Origin: Candidatus Hadarchaeota archaeon
Lineage (GTDB): Archaea; CAYQAE01; CAYVLA01
DNA length: 16,534 bases
Assembly (NCBI GenBank): GCA_964621445.1
Contig: CAZUNO010000042.1
Coordinates: forward strand, 1 to 16,534
Direction: 5' to 3'
Positions 8,016-16,449 of the stretch are shown here, piece by piece. The stretch's first letter is position 1. Each line of letters begins with the position of its first letter. The notes under the pieces are model-generated. The model was not told where the DNA came from and searched no databases. It saw only the letters and a program-made list of their open reading frames with translations. The position numbers and the translations under genes are program-made.

Positions 8016-10257
8016 GGAGGGGGACGTCGAGCTACGGGTCGCTGAGGCGAGGCATAGAGATGTGGGTAGGGGAATAGCCCGTATAGAGACCGGTGTCATG
8101 TCGCGGCTGGGGGTGGTGAGCGGAGATGTCATTGAGCTTCAGGGGAAGAGAACCGTTCCCGCACTTGTTTGGCCTGGCTATCCAGATGATACGGGAAGTG
8201 AAATAGTCAGAGTGGATGGCAATATCAGGGGTAATCTGAAAGTAGCTCTCGATGACAGGATAAAGATCAGGAAGGCCAAGGTGAGCGAGGCCAAAGAGAT
8301 CACCGTTATTTCTAGCCAACGAGTTAGAATTGCTGGCGGTCCAGCGCATGTACGAAGGGTGTTACAGGGAAGACCAGTGGTCAAAGGACAAAACGTTAGA
8401 ATCCAAGTGTTGGGCAGCCCACGTACCTTTACCATTCAGGATACCAATCCGGAAGATGTAGTCCTAATGCGGCCCGATACGAGGGTCAATATTAAGACCG
8501 CAGAAACCGGCAAACCTCCTGAAACAAAGGGCACCCGAGTGACCTACGAGGACATTGGAGGCCTGAGGAGAGAAATTGAGCTTGTCCGTGAAATGGTTGA
8601 ACTCCCTCTCCGCCACCCGGAGCTATTCCAGCGCATGGGGATAGAACCGCCCAAAGGGATCCTTCTTTACGGGCCTCCAGGAACTGGGAAGACACTGATA
8701 GCCAAGGCTGTGGCGAATGAGACATTCGCCAACTTCCTATTCATCAGCGGGCCCGAGGTCATGGCTCGTTATTATGGTGAGAGCGAGCAGAGAATCCGAG
8801 AAATCTTTCAAAAGGCGGAATCCAACTCTCCGGCCATCATTTTTATTGACGAGTTTGACTCCATCGCCCCTAAGAGAGAAGAGGTTGGAGGCGAGAAACA
8901 AGTTGAAAAGAGGGTGGTGGCCCAGCTACTCTCTCTCATGGACGGTCTAGAGACTCGTGGAGAGGTGGTTGTAATAGCCGCCACTAACAGGCCTGGGTTG
9001 ATAGATGAAGCTTTACGTCGAGGCGGCCGGTTTGACCGAGAGATAGAGATAGGTGTACCTGATAGAAATGGTAGAAAGGAAATACTTCAGGTTCATACCC
9101 GGGGAATGCCGCTTGCGGATGATGTGAACCTCAAAAATCTGGCGGATTTAACTCATGGATTTGTTGGCGCTGACCTCTCTTCGCTGTGTAAGGAGGCAGC
9201 TATGCATGCGCTGCGAGAGGTAGCCCGGAAGATAGAGTTTGAAAAGGAAATACCGCCCGAAGTTTTGAAGGAACTTCAGGTGACAAATCAGGACTTCAAC
9301 CAGGCACTAAGAAATGTGGAACCCAGCGCAATGCGCGAGGTATTCGTTGAGGTTCCCCAAGTGAACTGGGATGATGTTGGCGGGCTTGAGGAATCGAAGA
9401 GACATCTCATTGAGGCCGTTGAGTGGCCTCTGAGATTTCCGGAGGCGTTTGAAACACTAGGGACGGCACCGGCAAAAGGGGTTCTCCTCTTTGGTCCTCC
9501 TGGCACCGGCAAGACCATGCTGGCAAAGGCAGTGGCCACCGAGAGCAACGCCAACTTCATAGCCATAAAGGGTCCGGAGATCTTCAATAAATTCGTGGGA
9601 GAGTCAGAGAGGGCTGTCCGAGAGATATTCCGCAAGGCAAGACAGGTCGCCCCGGCAGTGATATTTTTCGACGAGATCGAGTCCATCGCGTCAGACCGGG
9701 GCTTTGCTACCGACTCTCAGGTAGGAGAACGAGTAGTGAGCCAGCTCCTAACTGAGCTGGACGGAATAGAGGATACCAAGCAGGTCGTAGTCTTGGCGGC
9801 CACCAACCGGCCGGACCTTGTTGACTCTGCACTCCTTCGTCCAGGTCGCCTAGAACGCCTGATATATGTGTGTCCACCCAACCAAAAAGAAAGAGAGGAA
9901 ATTTTCAACATACATCTTTCCGGTCTTTCCCTGGATCCAAGTGTAGATGTTGAGGAGCTTTCCAGAATGACGGAGAGCTACGTTGGCGCCGACATCGAAT
10001 CCCTTTGCCGACAGGCGGCAGTCCTGGCAATGAGGAATTTCATCAAGCCCAGTATGGATCGAGACTCGGTGGTGAAGGGTATCAAGAATGTACAGATAGG
10101 AAAAAACGATCTTCATCATGCCGTCGCCTCTCTGAAGCCGGTAGCATTGCATGAAAAGCTTACGGAATATGTGGAAATAGCGGAGGGCTTCGCCAGACCC
10201 ATGGAAGCTGAGATATCTCAGATGCCGAAGGGAGGGACCAGTGACGATGAGGGATGA
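8008..10257 (+). CDS. cdc48: CDC48/VCP/VAT family double-ring AAA+ ATPase
   Basis: N domain ([18 protein letters not shown]), VTYEDIGGL, two GPPGTGKT Walker A motifs, Walker B IFIDE and IFFDE, SRH motifs [11 protein letters not shown] and [19 protein letters not shown] linker. Confidence 0.97.
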   Translation: MTEEGDVELRVAEARHRDVGRGIARIETGVMSRLGVVSGDVIELQGKRTVPALVWPGYPDDTGSEIVRVDGNIRGNLKVALDDRIKIRKAKVSEAKEITVISSQRVRIAGGPAHVRRVLQGRPVVKGQNVRIQVLGSPRTFTIQDTNPEDVVLMRPDTRVNIKTAETGKPPETKGTRVTYEDIGGLRREIELVREMVELPLRHPELFQRMGIEPPKGILLYGPPGTGKTLIAKAVANETFANFLFISGPEVMARYYGESEQRIREIFQKAESNSPAIIFIDEFDSIAPKREEVGGEKQVEKRVVAQLLSLMDGLETRGEVVVIAATNRPGLIDEALRRGGRFDREIEIGVPDRNGRKEILQVHTRGMPLADDVNLKNLADLTHGFVGADLSSLCKEAAMHALREVARKIEFEKEIPPEVLKELQVTNQDFNQALRNVEPSAMREVFVEVPQVNWDDVGGLEESKRHLIEAVEWPLRFPEAFETLGTAPAKGVLLFGPPGTGKTMLAKAVATESNANFIAIKGPEIFNKFVGESERAVREIFRKARQVAPAVIFFDEIESIASDRGFATDSQVGERVVSQLLTELDGIEDTKQVVVLAATNRPDLVDSALLRPGRLERLIYVCPPNQKEREEIFNIHLSGLSLDPSVDVEELSRMTESYVGADIESLCRQAAVLAMRNFIKPSMDRDSVVKGIKNVQIGKNDLHHAVASLKPVALHEKLTEYVEIAEGFARPMEAEISQMPKGGTSDDEG

Positions 10258-11140
10258 AAATTGGTTTTCCTCTTCCCTTGGCCAGGACAAGATTGACCTG
10301 GATCAGCTCTTAACCAGCATCCATCAGCCGGGTCATGCTCTCCACTTGTATGGACCTTCAGCCGACAGGTATGCCATCCATGAGGCCTTTCTAAACTCGG
10401 CTCACGGAGAATCTGATGCTCTCTATATCGCAGATATAGGTTCAAACACGGCTAGTGCACTTCAAAAGACGCATCCGGAATTGGAGATCGTGCCCGCCAA
10501 AGAAGTTAAAGCCTGCTTGACACGATCAATCAACGGGCTTTCAATCCTTATGGACGGGTCATCAATGTTATCAGCTAACGCAGAGCTCTTCGACCAAGGT
10601 GAGGGCGATATGCCCTTTATCGAGGGTAGACTCGAAAAGCTTAGTAGGACTAACCGTATCCTGTGTACATATGATGTGACCAGTACACCCTCTGATCTAC
10701 TTAAGCAGGTAGTGGAATGCCACGACAAGCTGATTCTTACCAATGAAGATGTCACCATGCTTTCATCGCCTGCGTTATCCGACCTTCAAGCCGCCGACGA
10801 TGGTATCTTGGAGAGGTTTGTCAAGAACTACCTCGACATGTTAGTGTTGACATTGGTGATGAAGAAACCCATGTGCGGGACTGAAATAATGAAAACAATT
10901 CACAGAAATTTCAATGTGCTGGTGAGTCCAGGCACAATCTACCCCCTACTTCACCAGTTGGAGGATGAAGGTCTACTGAGATGTGAATACGGAATGAAGA
11001 AAAAGGTGTACCGACACGTCTCGTCGCGACGGGACCAAATTCTGGATATGATTTCTGACCATCTTCAAATAAACTCAGTGCTGGGGACAATGCTGTCCCA
11101 AACAAAGGAACGGACCGCGGAGCAGGAGGTGTATGATTGA
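10241..11140 (+). CDS. Transcriptional regulator: N-terminal MEDS-like domain fused to a PadR-family (GvpE-like) winged HTH
   Basis: N-terminal GHALHLY...ALYI...ILMDG...E..L......ILCTYD...VVECHDKLI is a MEDS/DcmR pattern. C-terminal VKNYLDMLVL..PMCGTEIM..FNVLVSPGTIYPLLHQLEDEGLL..KKVY is PadR-like. Start is GTG 10241 or ATG 10247. Confidence 0.85.
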   Translation: MTMRDENWFSSSLGQDKIDLDQLLTSIHQPGHALHLYGPSADRYAIHEAFLNSAHGESDALYIADIGSNTASALQKTHPELEIVPAKEVKACLTRSINGLSILMDGSSMLSANAELFDQGEGDMPFIEGRLEKLSRTNRILCTYDVTSTPSDLLKQVVECHDKLILTNEDVTMLSSPALSDLQAADDGILERFVKNYLDMLVLTLVMKKPMCGTEIMKTIHRNFNVLVSPGTIYPLLHQLEDEGLLRCEYGMKKKVYRHVSSRRDQILDMISDHLQINSVLGTMLSQTKERTAEQEVYD

Positions 11141-11796
11141 GAAAGGCGAAAAGAGGAAAATACGTTTATTGTGTAGCCCCATCAAATGGTGAAAAAAGGA
11201 GTTACGGTAATCTGGGCATGGATGGTGAGGAAGTTTATACCATCAGCTATAAGCAGGTGGCAGCGGTAGTCAGCGATGCCAAGGTGAAGGAATACGAACC
11301 GAACCCGGAAAACGCAAGGAAACATGACCAAGTGATAAGGAAGGTGATGGAGGATTGCACTGTGTTACCCATGGCCTTGGGGATGGTGTTCAAAGATAAG
11401 AGGACGATGCTATTAGTGATCAGGGCCTCATACCGGGCGATTAAGAAAAGCCTAGATGCTTTTCAAAATAAGGTGGAGCTAGGGGTTAAGATCATTGTTC
11501 CTCAAGACCAGACTGACCATGCCGATGACCATTCATTTCAGAAAGCCAAGTCTGACATTCTTAGTTCCCTTTCCGAATTGGCCTGCAAAACTAAGGAAGG
11601 CAGGCTTTTCAGTGATAGATTGTTGCTAAATGCTTCTTTCCTAGTACAAAGAGATGAAACTGAGGCTTTCTCGAAGACGCTTGGTGATCTGGATGATAAA
11701 TATCGATCTCTAGAAGCCAAGTACAGCGGCCCATGGGCTCCCTATAACTTCGTTAATATAAAGATAGCTGGCCAGGGCCCAGGAGGAAGGCACTGA
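11137..11796 (+). CDS. gvpF: Gas vesicle protein GvpF (GvpL/F family)
   Basis: YVYCV, VAAVVSD, HDQVI, TVLPMALG, KVELGVK, LLNASFLV and YSGPWAPYNFV motifs; precedes gvpG. Confidence 0.92.
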   Translation: MRKAKRGKYVYCVAPSNGEKRSYGNLGMDGEEVYTISYKQVAAVVSDAKVKEYEPNPENARKHDQVIRKVMEDCTVLPMALGMVFKDKRTMLLVIRASYRAIKKSLDAFQNKVELGVKIIVPQDQTDHADDHSFQKAKSDILSSLSELACKTKEGRLFSDRLLLNASFLVQRDETEAFSKTLGDLDDKYRSLEAKYSGPWAPYNFVNIKIAGQGPGGRH

Positions 11797-11807
11797 GGAG
11801 GAGAAGC

Positions 11808-12143
11808 ATGGCACTCATAATTGATGACTTGGCCGACCTCAGCGGGTTCTTTTTAGTCGGCATGCCGTGGTCAATGTTCCTATCTCGGCTGCAAGATATA
11901 GCGTACTCGCAGATGTATGATGCACAGGCTCTAAAGGATAAGATCAGGGAGAATCAGATGCTATACGAACTCGGAGAGATCTCAGAGGGCGAATATGAGG
12001 AGAACAACGAGGAGTTACTGCGAAAATTGGAGCTGGCCGAGCGTTACAGCCAATTCGATCTTGAAACCAGAGCTGACAGGCTCAGCGATAAGACGCAGGA
12101 TGACCAGGAAGATGAAAAGCTTATTCTAGGAGGAGGAAACTAG
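11808..12143 (+). CDS. gvpG: Gas vesicle protein GvpG
   Basis: IIDDL...MYDAQALKDKIRENQMLYELGEISEGEYEE..EELL; RBS GAGGAGG. Confidence 0.92.
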   Translation: MALIIDDLADLSGFFLVGMPWSMFLSRLQDIAYSQMYDAQALKDKIRENQMLYELGEISEGEYEENNEELLRKLELAERYSQFDLETRADRLSDKTQDDQEDEKLILGGGN

Positions 12144-12500
12144 ATGTCAGGACTAAGTCCCAGCCGAGAAGGTGGACAAGGTTTAGCTGATGCCATAGAC
12201 AAGATACTGGACAAGGGACTGGTGATAAACGCCGATATCACCGTCTCACTGGCTGGAGTGGAACTACTCGGCATAAAGATAAGGGCCGCGGTAGCCTCGC
12301 TAGAAACCGCTGCCAAGTATGGACTTGAATTTCCTTCCGGCACCAATCTAAATACACCGGGATGGAAGAATGCGGGTATTGGCATCATGACCTGCCCTGC
12401 CTGCGGAAATGAAACCGGGAGGAGCACCTTCCTTGAAAAAGGGTGCCCGATATGTGGATGGAATGGGTCTCCCCCATCCAGAGAGGTTGCTACGACATGA
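12144..12500 (+). CDS. gvpJ: Gas vesicle protein GvpJ with C-terminal CxxC..CxxC zinc ribbon
   Basis: GvpA-like core LADAIDKILDKGLVINADITVSLAGVELLGIKIRAAVASLETAAKYGLEFPSGT; tail CPACG-x11-CPICGW. Confidence 0.92.
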   Translation: MSGLSPSREGGQGLADAIDKILDKGLVINADITVSLAGVELLGIKIRAAVASLETAAKYGLEFPSGTNLNTPGWKNAGIGIMTCPACGNETGRSTFLEKGCPICGWNGSPPSREVATT

Positions 12501-12817
12501 CCGTGGAAATAGACGAAGACAACCTCAGCAAGGGGCTACTTGGGTTGGTTATGGCACTAGTTGAGATCATAAGAGACGTGCTCGAGGAACAAGCCCTGAG
12601 AAGAATGGAGGGAGAAGAACTAACCGATGATGAGGTGGAGAGGCTAGGTACATCCCTCATGGAGCTGGACAAGGCAATCCAATCGATCAAGGACCAGCAC
12701 GAACTGGAGGACACCGTTGACCAGGTTAAGAGTAGCCTAGATGATGTGGCTGACGAGGCACTGCGCACGCTTATTGACCCTGAAAAATGGAGGGAACAAC
12801 AGATTGCCAGCCATTAG
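12497..12817 (+). CDS. gvpK: Gas vesicle protein GvpK
   Basis: GLLGLVMALVEIIRDVLEEQALRRMEGEELTDDEVERLG signature; ATGA overlap with the gvpJ stop gives start 12497. Confidence 0.94.
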   Translation: MTVEIDEDNLSKGLLGLVMALVEIIRDVLEEQALRRMEGEELTDDEVERLGTSLMELDKAIQSIKDQHELEDTVDQVKSSLDDVADEALRTLIDPEKWREQQIASH

Positions 12818-12857
12818 AACAAGAGCAGGGCACGGGGAAATAGAGGACACAGAGACC

Positions 12858-13634
12858 ATGGAATGCGAGGGCAGATATATCTACTGCATGTGTAAGGCCG
12901 AAGAACCGGTAACCCTGGGCAAAATCGGAATCGGGAACAGTGAGGTTTACTCCATTTGCCATCAGGGCGTCGCAGCCATGGTCCATATCTGTAAAGCAAA
13001 GCCCTACGAATCATCCGATGAGGAGAGAGTCAAGGAATGGGTCCTGTCTCATCAATACACGATAGACAAGGCGACGGAAAAATTTGGAACGGTAATCCCT
13101 TTCACCTTTGACACCATATTCAAGGGCGGCGATGAGAAAGTCAAGGAATGGATTGGCCAGCACCTATATAGGCTGAGGCAAAAGCTTGATTCCCTTCAAA
13201 ACCTGGACGAATACGGGGTTCAGATTTACTGGGATGCTAGAGCCTCCAAGCATGGGATGGGGACCAATGGTGAACAGGAAGGCCAACAAGAAAAATCTAG
13301 AAAGAAGGGAGGTATGGGCATGGCCTACCTGATGAAGCGAAAGGCAGAAAAGGAAGCCGAAAGATCTAGCCAGGAGAAAGCGGATGAGTTGCGCAATGAC
13401 CTGTTTACACGCATCAAGGCCTATACACAAGAAGCCAAAACTTCCAAGTCCACCCCCAAGTTCGCTAATAGAGAGAGAACTGATAAGAAGCTCTTAGTGG
13501 ATCTTTCCTGTCTGGTTTCCAGGGATTCACTGTCTGGTCTGAGTAAGGAGCTGGAGGAAATAGACGGCCGGAGCGACTTTGAAGTCCGGTTTACAGGGCC
13601 TTGGCCACCGTACTCCTTCGTGCAAGGTTTCTAG
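12858..13634 (+). CDS. gvpL: Gas vesicle protein GvpL (GvpL/F family)
   Basis: EGRYIYC, PYESSDEERVKEWVLSHQ, FGTVIPFTFDTIF, GMAYLMK and RFTGPWPPYSF motifs; lies between gvpK and gvpM. Alternative TTG start at 12804. Confidence 0.92.
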   Translation: MECEGRYIYCMCKAEEPVTLGKIGIGNSEVYSICHQGVAAMVHICKAKPYESSDEERVKEWVLSHQYTIDKATEKFGTVIPFTFDTIFKGGDEKVKEWIGQHLYRLRQKLDSLQNLDEYGVQIYWDARASKHGMGTNGEQEGQQEKSRKKGGMGMAYLMKRKAEKEAERSSQEKADELRNDLFTRIKAYTQEAKTSKSTPKFANRERTDKKLLVDLSCLVSRDSLSGLSKELEEIDGRSDFEVRFTGPWPPYSFVQGF

Positions 13635-13657
13635 TGCAAAATAGGGAGCTTTTTAAC

Positions 13658-14248
13658 ATGCAACCCACGAGAGACCGCGAATGCACCATCACCGACCTAC
13701 TGAACAGGGTCCTTGACAAGGGGGCCATTATCATTGCAGATGTTGTGATAACTCTGGGTGGGGTGCCCCTAATAGGTGTGAATTTGAAGGCGGTAATAGC
13801 GGGAATGCAAACCATGCTTGACCAGGGTCTAATGGAGGAATGGGACAAGGAGATCCGATCCAATCATGGGGAAGAGGCATTGGAAGGTGAAAGTGAGGAG
13901 AAAGTTATGGCAGGCTTCGTTGGCTCCTACTGTAAGAAGAGAGGGCCAATTAGGGCCTGGAAGTCCGGAAGGATATGCGTGACTGACAAGAACCTTGCTT
14001 TGTTGCAGATCGGGGAAAAGCAGCCTGATGTAATAATTGCCCTCTCTGAGATTCGACAGGTTTCTCTGGTCAATATCTCATCGTTCATCGGGGTCCCACT
14101 TCAGGGTCTAGTGGTTTCAACTAATTCAGCTGGGTCCTGGTTAATGAAAACGGCAGATGTCTCTGCACTGGGGCGGCTTATCAACCGGGAAGCGCAACTG
14201 CCCGGTGATTTTTCTAACCAACAAGGTGGATTAATTGCAAATGCTTGA
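13658..14248 (+). CDS. gvpM: Gas vesicle protein GvpM with C-terminal PH/GRAM-like extension
   Basis: MQPTRD..ITDLLNRVLDKGAIIIADVVITLGGVPLIGVNLKAVIAGMQTMLDQGLMEEWD is GvpM-type, followed by about 120 extra residues. RBS GGGAG precedes ATG 13658. Confidence 0.88.
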   Translation: MQPTRDRECTITDLLNRVLDKGAIIIADVVITLGGVPLIGVNLKAVIAGMQTMLDQGLMEEWDKEIRSNHGEEALEGESEEKVMAGFVGSYCKKRGPIRAWKSGRICVTDKNLALLQIGEKQPDVIIALSEIRQVSLVNISSFIGVPLQGLVVSTNSAGSWLMKTADVSALGRLINREAQLPGDFSNQQGGLIANA

Positions 14249-14278
14249 TAGATAACTGGGATACGGTTGATCCTAATT

Positions 14279-14863
14279 CTAGCGTATATTCTTTATCCTG
14301 ATGTCATTTTGAAGATTCATCTTCAATCGATGTTTGGCTCCCAGGAACAGTAGCCCCGTCTCTCCTTCCTTCAATGTTGAATTGATTCTTTTTGCAATGT
14401 ATTTGTCCCTTTTTCGCAACAAATCATGTTTTCGCGATGCATATTGGCGTTTTGCTTGGTTTGCTGGTGGGGTGGGTTCCATAGATGATTTGATACCATC
14501 ATATTCGATCTTCAACAAATCCGGGTCCTCAGTTCCCTCCACGGTTGCCCCCATTTCCATCAGCTTTTTCAGAAGCTTGAAGTTTCTACTACCGCGTTCT
14601 GCAGCCTCACGTACGATTCTGGCCTCCTCACCGCACTGAGGAAGGCCGTCTTGGTAGATTCTCACATTCACCCAGTCGACATCTAGTTTGGTTATTTTTC
14701 TTTCCAGATTATCCCAGAACGCCTTAATTTTTCTGGACTTCCTTCGCCACCCACCTGGACCAAATTTGGAGAGTGTTTTCTTCCTGATTCCGTCTCTTAG
14801 GCTTCCCATGTCGGAAGGGGCGTGAATTATGCGTGCTATGAATAGGTTTCTCACGGAAACCAC
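14279..14863 (-). CDS. Uncharacterised protein with TraB/PrgY/GumN (TIKI)-like motifs
   Basis: RIIH, IYQDGLP, EGTED and C-terminal RDKYIAKRI..L...GLLFLGAKH, resembling the R[ND]xxMA...GAxH ending of TraB/TIKI-type proteins. Start may be GTG 14854. Confidence 0.7.
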   Translation of the reverse strand: MVSVRNLFIARIIHAPSDMGSLRDGIRKKTLSKFGPGGWRRKSRKIKAFWDNLERKITKLDVDWVNVRIYQDGLPQCGEEARIVREAAERGSRNFKLLKKLMEMGATVEGTEDPDLLKIEYDGIKSSMEPTPPANQAKRQYASRKHDLLRKRDKYIAKRINSTLKEGETGLLFLGAKHRLKMNLQNDIRIKNIR

Positions 14864-15008
14864 GGCTTTAATCGGCGTTTATTTTATCTTGGCTCTATCT
14901 AATGAGTCCTACATAATCGTTCCTGCCCGTTTCCGAAGAAGTGGACTCCTATAGGGGAGTTATTACGGAATAGGTTCCATTGATTAAGATCTTTGAGGAA
15001 TTCAGGAA

Positions 15009-15503
15009 TCAAGCTTTTTTTAACTTGATCTCCAGTACTCCATTTTTGCAGGTAAGATGGCTATCTTCTTTTACCTCTGCCGGGAGTTCAATCTTCTTAT
15101 CGTAGGTGCGGTTTTTACCTTCGGCTGAAATTCTTAATTCGGTTCCTTGGACCTCTATAGTGACATCTTTCTCTTCTATGCCAGGGACCTCGGCGATAAC
15201 AACAACTTCTGACTCCCTTTCAAACACATCGACGAGGGGTTCTCTGACCTCCTCATGTCCTTGTCCCTTTTCAAGGGTACCGAAGCGGTCGACGGTGAGA
15301 GGTCTTCCCACTCCACCGACCTTAACTGAGAAACCATAGACGCCTTTAGTTTGCTTCTGGGTTTGCACTTCGCCTTCCGAAATTTTGGAAGCTAGGTCTA
15401 TTAGGTCCCCTACCCCCTTGAATATTCCTCCCAGATTGACACCAACATCAACGGATGCCGGTTCTTCTTCATTTCTCTTATCCTTTTTTTCTTTTTCATC
15501 CAT
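15009..15503 (-). CDS. gvpH: GvpH / Hsp20 alpha-crystallin family small heat-shock protein
   Basis: GVYGFSVKVGG...EVREPLVDVFE..EVVVIAEVPGIE...YDKKIELPAEV...KNGVLEIKLKK. Hsp20 family is secure; the gvpH label rests on context. Confidence 0.85.
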   Translation of the reverse strand: MDEKEKKDKRNEEEPASVDVGVNLGGIFKGVGDLIDLASKISEGEVQTQKQTKGVYGFSVKVGGVGRPLTVDRFGTLEKGQGHEEVREPLVDVFERESEVVVIAEVPGIEEKDVTIEVQGTELRISAEGKNRTYDKKIELPAEVKEDSHLTCKNGVLEIKLKKA

Positions 15504-15587
15504 TATACCTGCCTCCTATCTATTTCCCATCTATTACCTAGGGCCATAATTCCTGTCATGCAGATAAGTGGAGGGATTCAGTTAAGG

Positions 15588-15893
15588 TCAGCCCTCCTTG
15601 CTCCACTGCTTGTCAAGCAGTTCCTTTTGGTGTTCCCACTGCGCTTTCCTCATCGACCATCTTGTGTTACTGTTAGCCCGAGTAATTTCTATATTCTTTT
15701 TTATATTACCGTCACTTGGCGTTTGGGCATTTTTCCTTCCTCGCTCTCGTTGGTGTTGTTCCTTTATCCTCTTCTTTTCCCTGGCCAATCTTTCAGTCCG
15801 GCGTTCAAGTCTTTCCCGTATGATCCAGCCTCTATCCGCCTGTGAAAGACCCGGTATCCTTATCTCCCGTTGACCTATCTTAGCTTCTGTCAA
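15588..15893 (-). CDS. Basic R/K/E-rich protein, possibly GvpI-like
   Basis: RBS AGGAGG before the TTG; RERLERRTERLAREKKRI...KKNIEITRANSNT; adjacent to gvpH, as gvpI is in haloarchaea. Confidence 0.6.
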   Translation of the reverse strand: MTEAKIGQREIRIPGLSQADRGWIIRERLERRTERLAREKKRIKEQHQRERGRKNAQTPSDGNIKKNIEITRANSNTRWSMRKAQWEHQKELLDKQWSKEG

Positions 15894-15911
15894 ACGGCTT
15901 TCGCCCTCCTT

Positions 15912-16106
15912 CTATTTTCCTTGCATTATCTTCTTTGCTTCTTTTCGAAGTCTGTTGATCTCCTTTTGCATTTCTTTTGACTTTTTATCGGCTTCTTTGG
16001 AAAAATCATCTGACCGTTTTCGCAGTTGCTTGGCACCCTCGAGAATAGTCTCAGGGTTTTCCTTTTCTTTTGTTTTTTTCTTTTTGCTAGTTTTTTTTGA
16101 ACCCAT
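15912..16106 (-). CDS. Small Lys-rich coiled-coil protein, first gene of the convergent unit
   Basis: RBS GGAGGT (16115-16120) lies 8 nt from ATG 16106. MGSKKTSKKKKTKEKENPETILEGAKQLRKRSDDFSKEADKKSKEMQKEINRLRKEAKKIMQGK; its stop abuts the next gene's RBS. Confidence 0.65.
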   Translation of the reverse strand: MGSKKTSKKKKTKEKENPETILEGAKQLRKRSDDFSKEADKKSKEMQKEINRLRKEAKKIMQGK

Positions 16107-16167
16107 TGCCATGGACCTCCTATATTCGAGATCAAGTGTCTAGATATCTGCAGTAATTATTAATAAG

Positions 16168-16193
16168 TCAGCAATATTTAAAGACTTTGCTGA
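16168..16193 (-). promoter_or_regulatory. TATA box flanked by a 7-bp inverted repeat
   Basis: TCAGCAA-TATTTAAAGACT-TTGCTGA; the - strand reads TTTAAATA about 70 nt upstream of ATG 16106. Confidence 0.55.
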
Positions 16194-16449
16194 GTTTCGA
16201 TCCTTCGTTGATTTTTTCTCAGAACCCTGTCAGTTAGCAAACGGAGATGATATGCGTCAATTTTAAATTGCAATAGTTGATGATGTAATTGAGCGATAGT
16301 CGTACCAGTTTTCCATGAACGGTTACCCACCAGCACACCATGCATTCATCCCTCCGGGTGAATGACACATGGAAGGGCGGACTCCATATTTTATGGCTAA
16401 GCCCAGTTTCCTTGATTTTATATTTTATACATTATTAATTAAGGAGTTG

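Noticed and set aside
5973-16143. Many antisense or alternate-frame ORFs over the gvp, cdc48 and gvpH-unit genes
   Set aside because: They overlap well-supported genes and have no family motifs.
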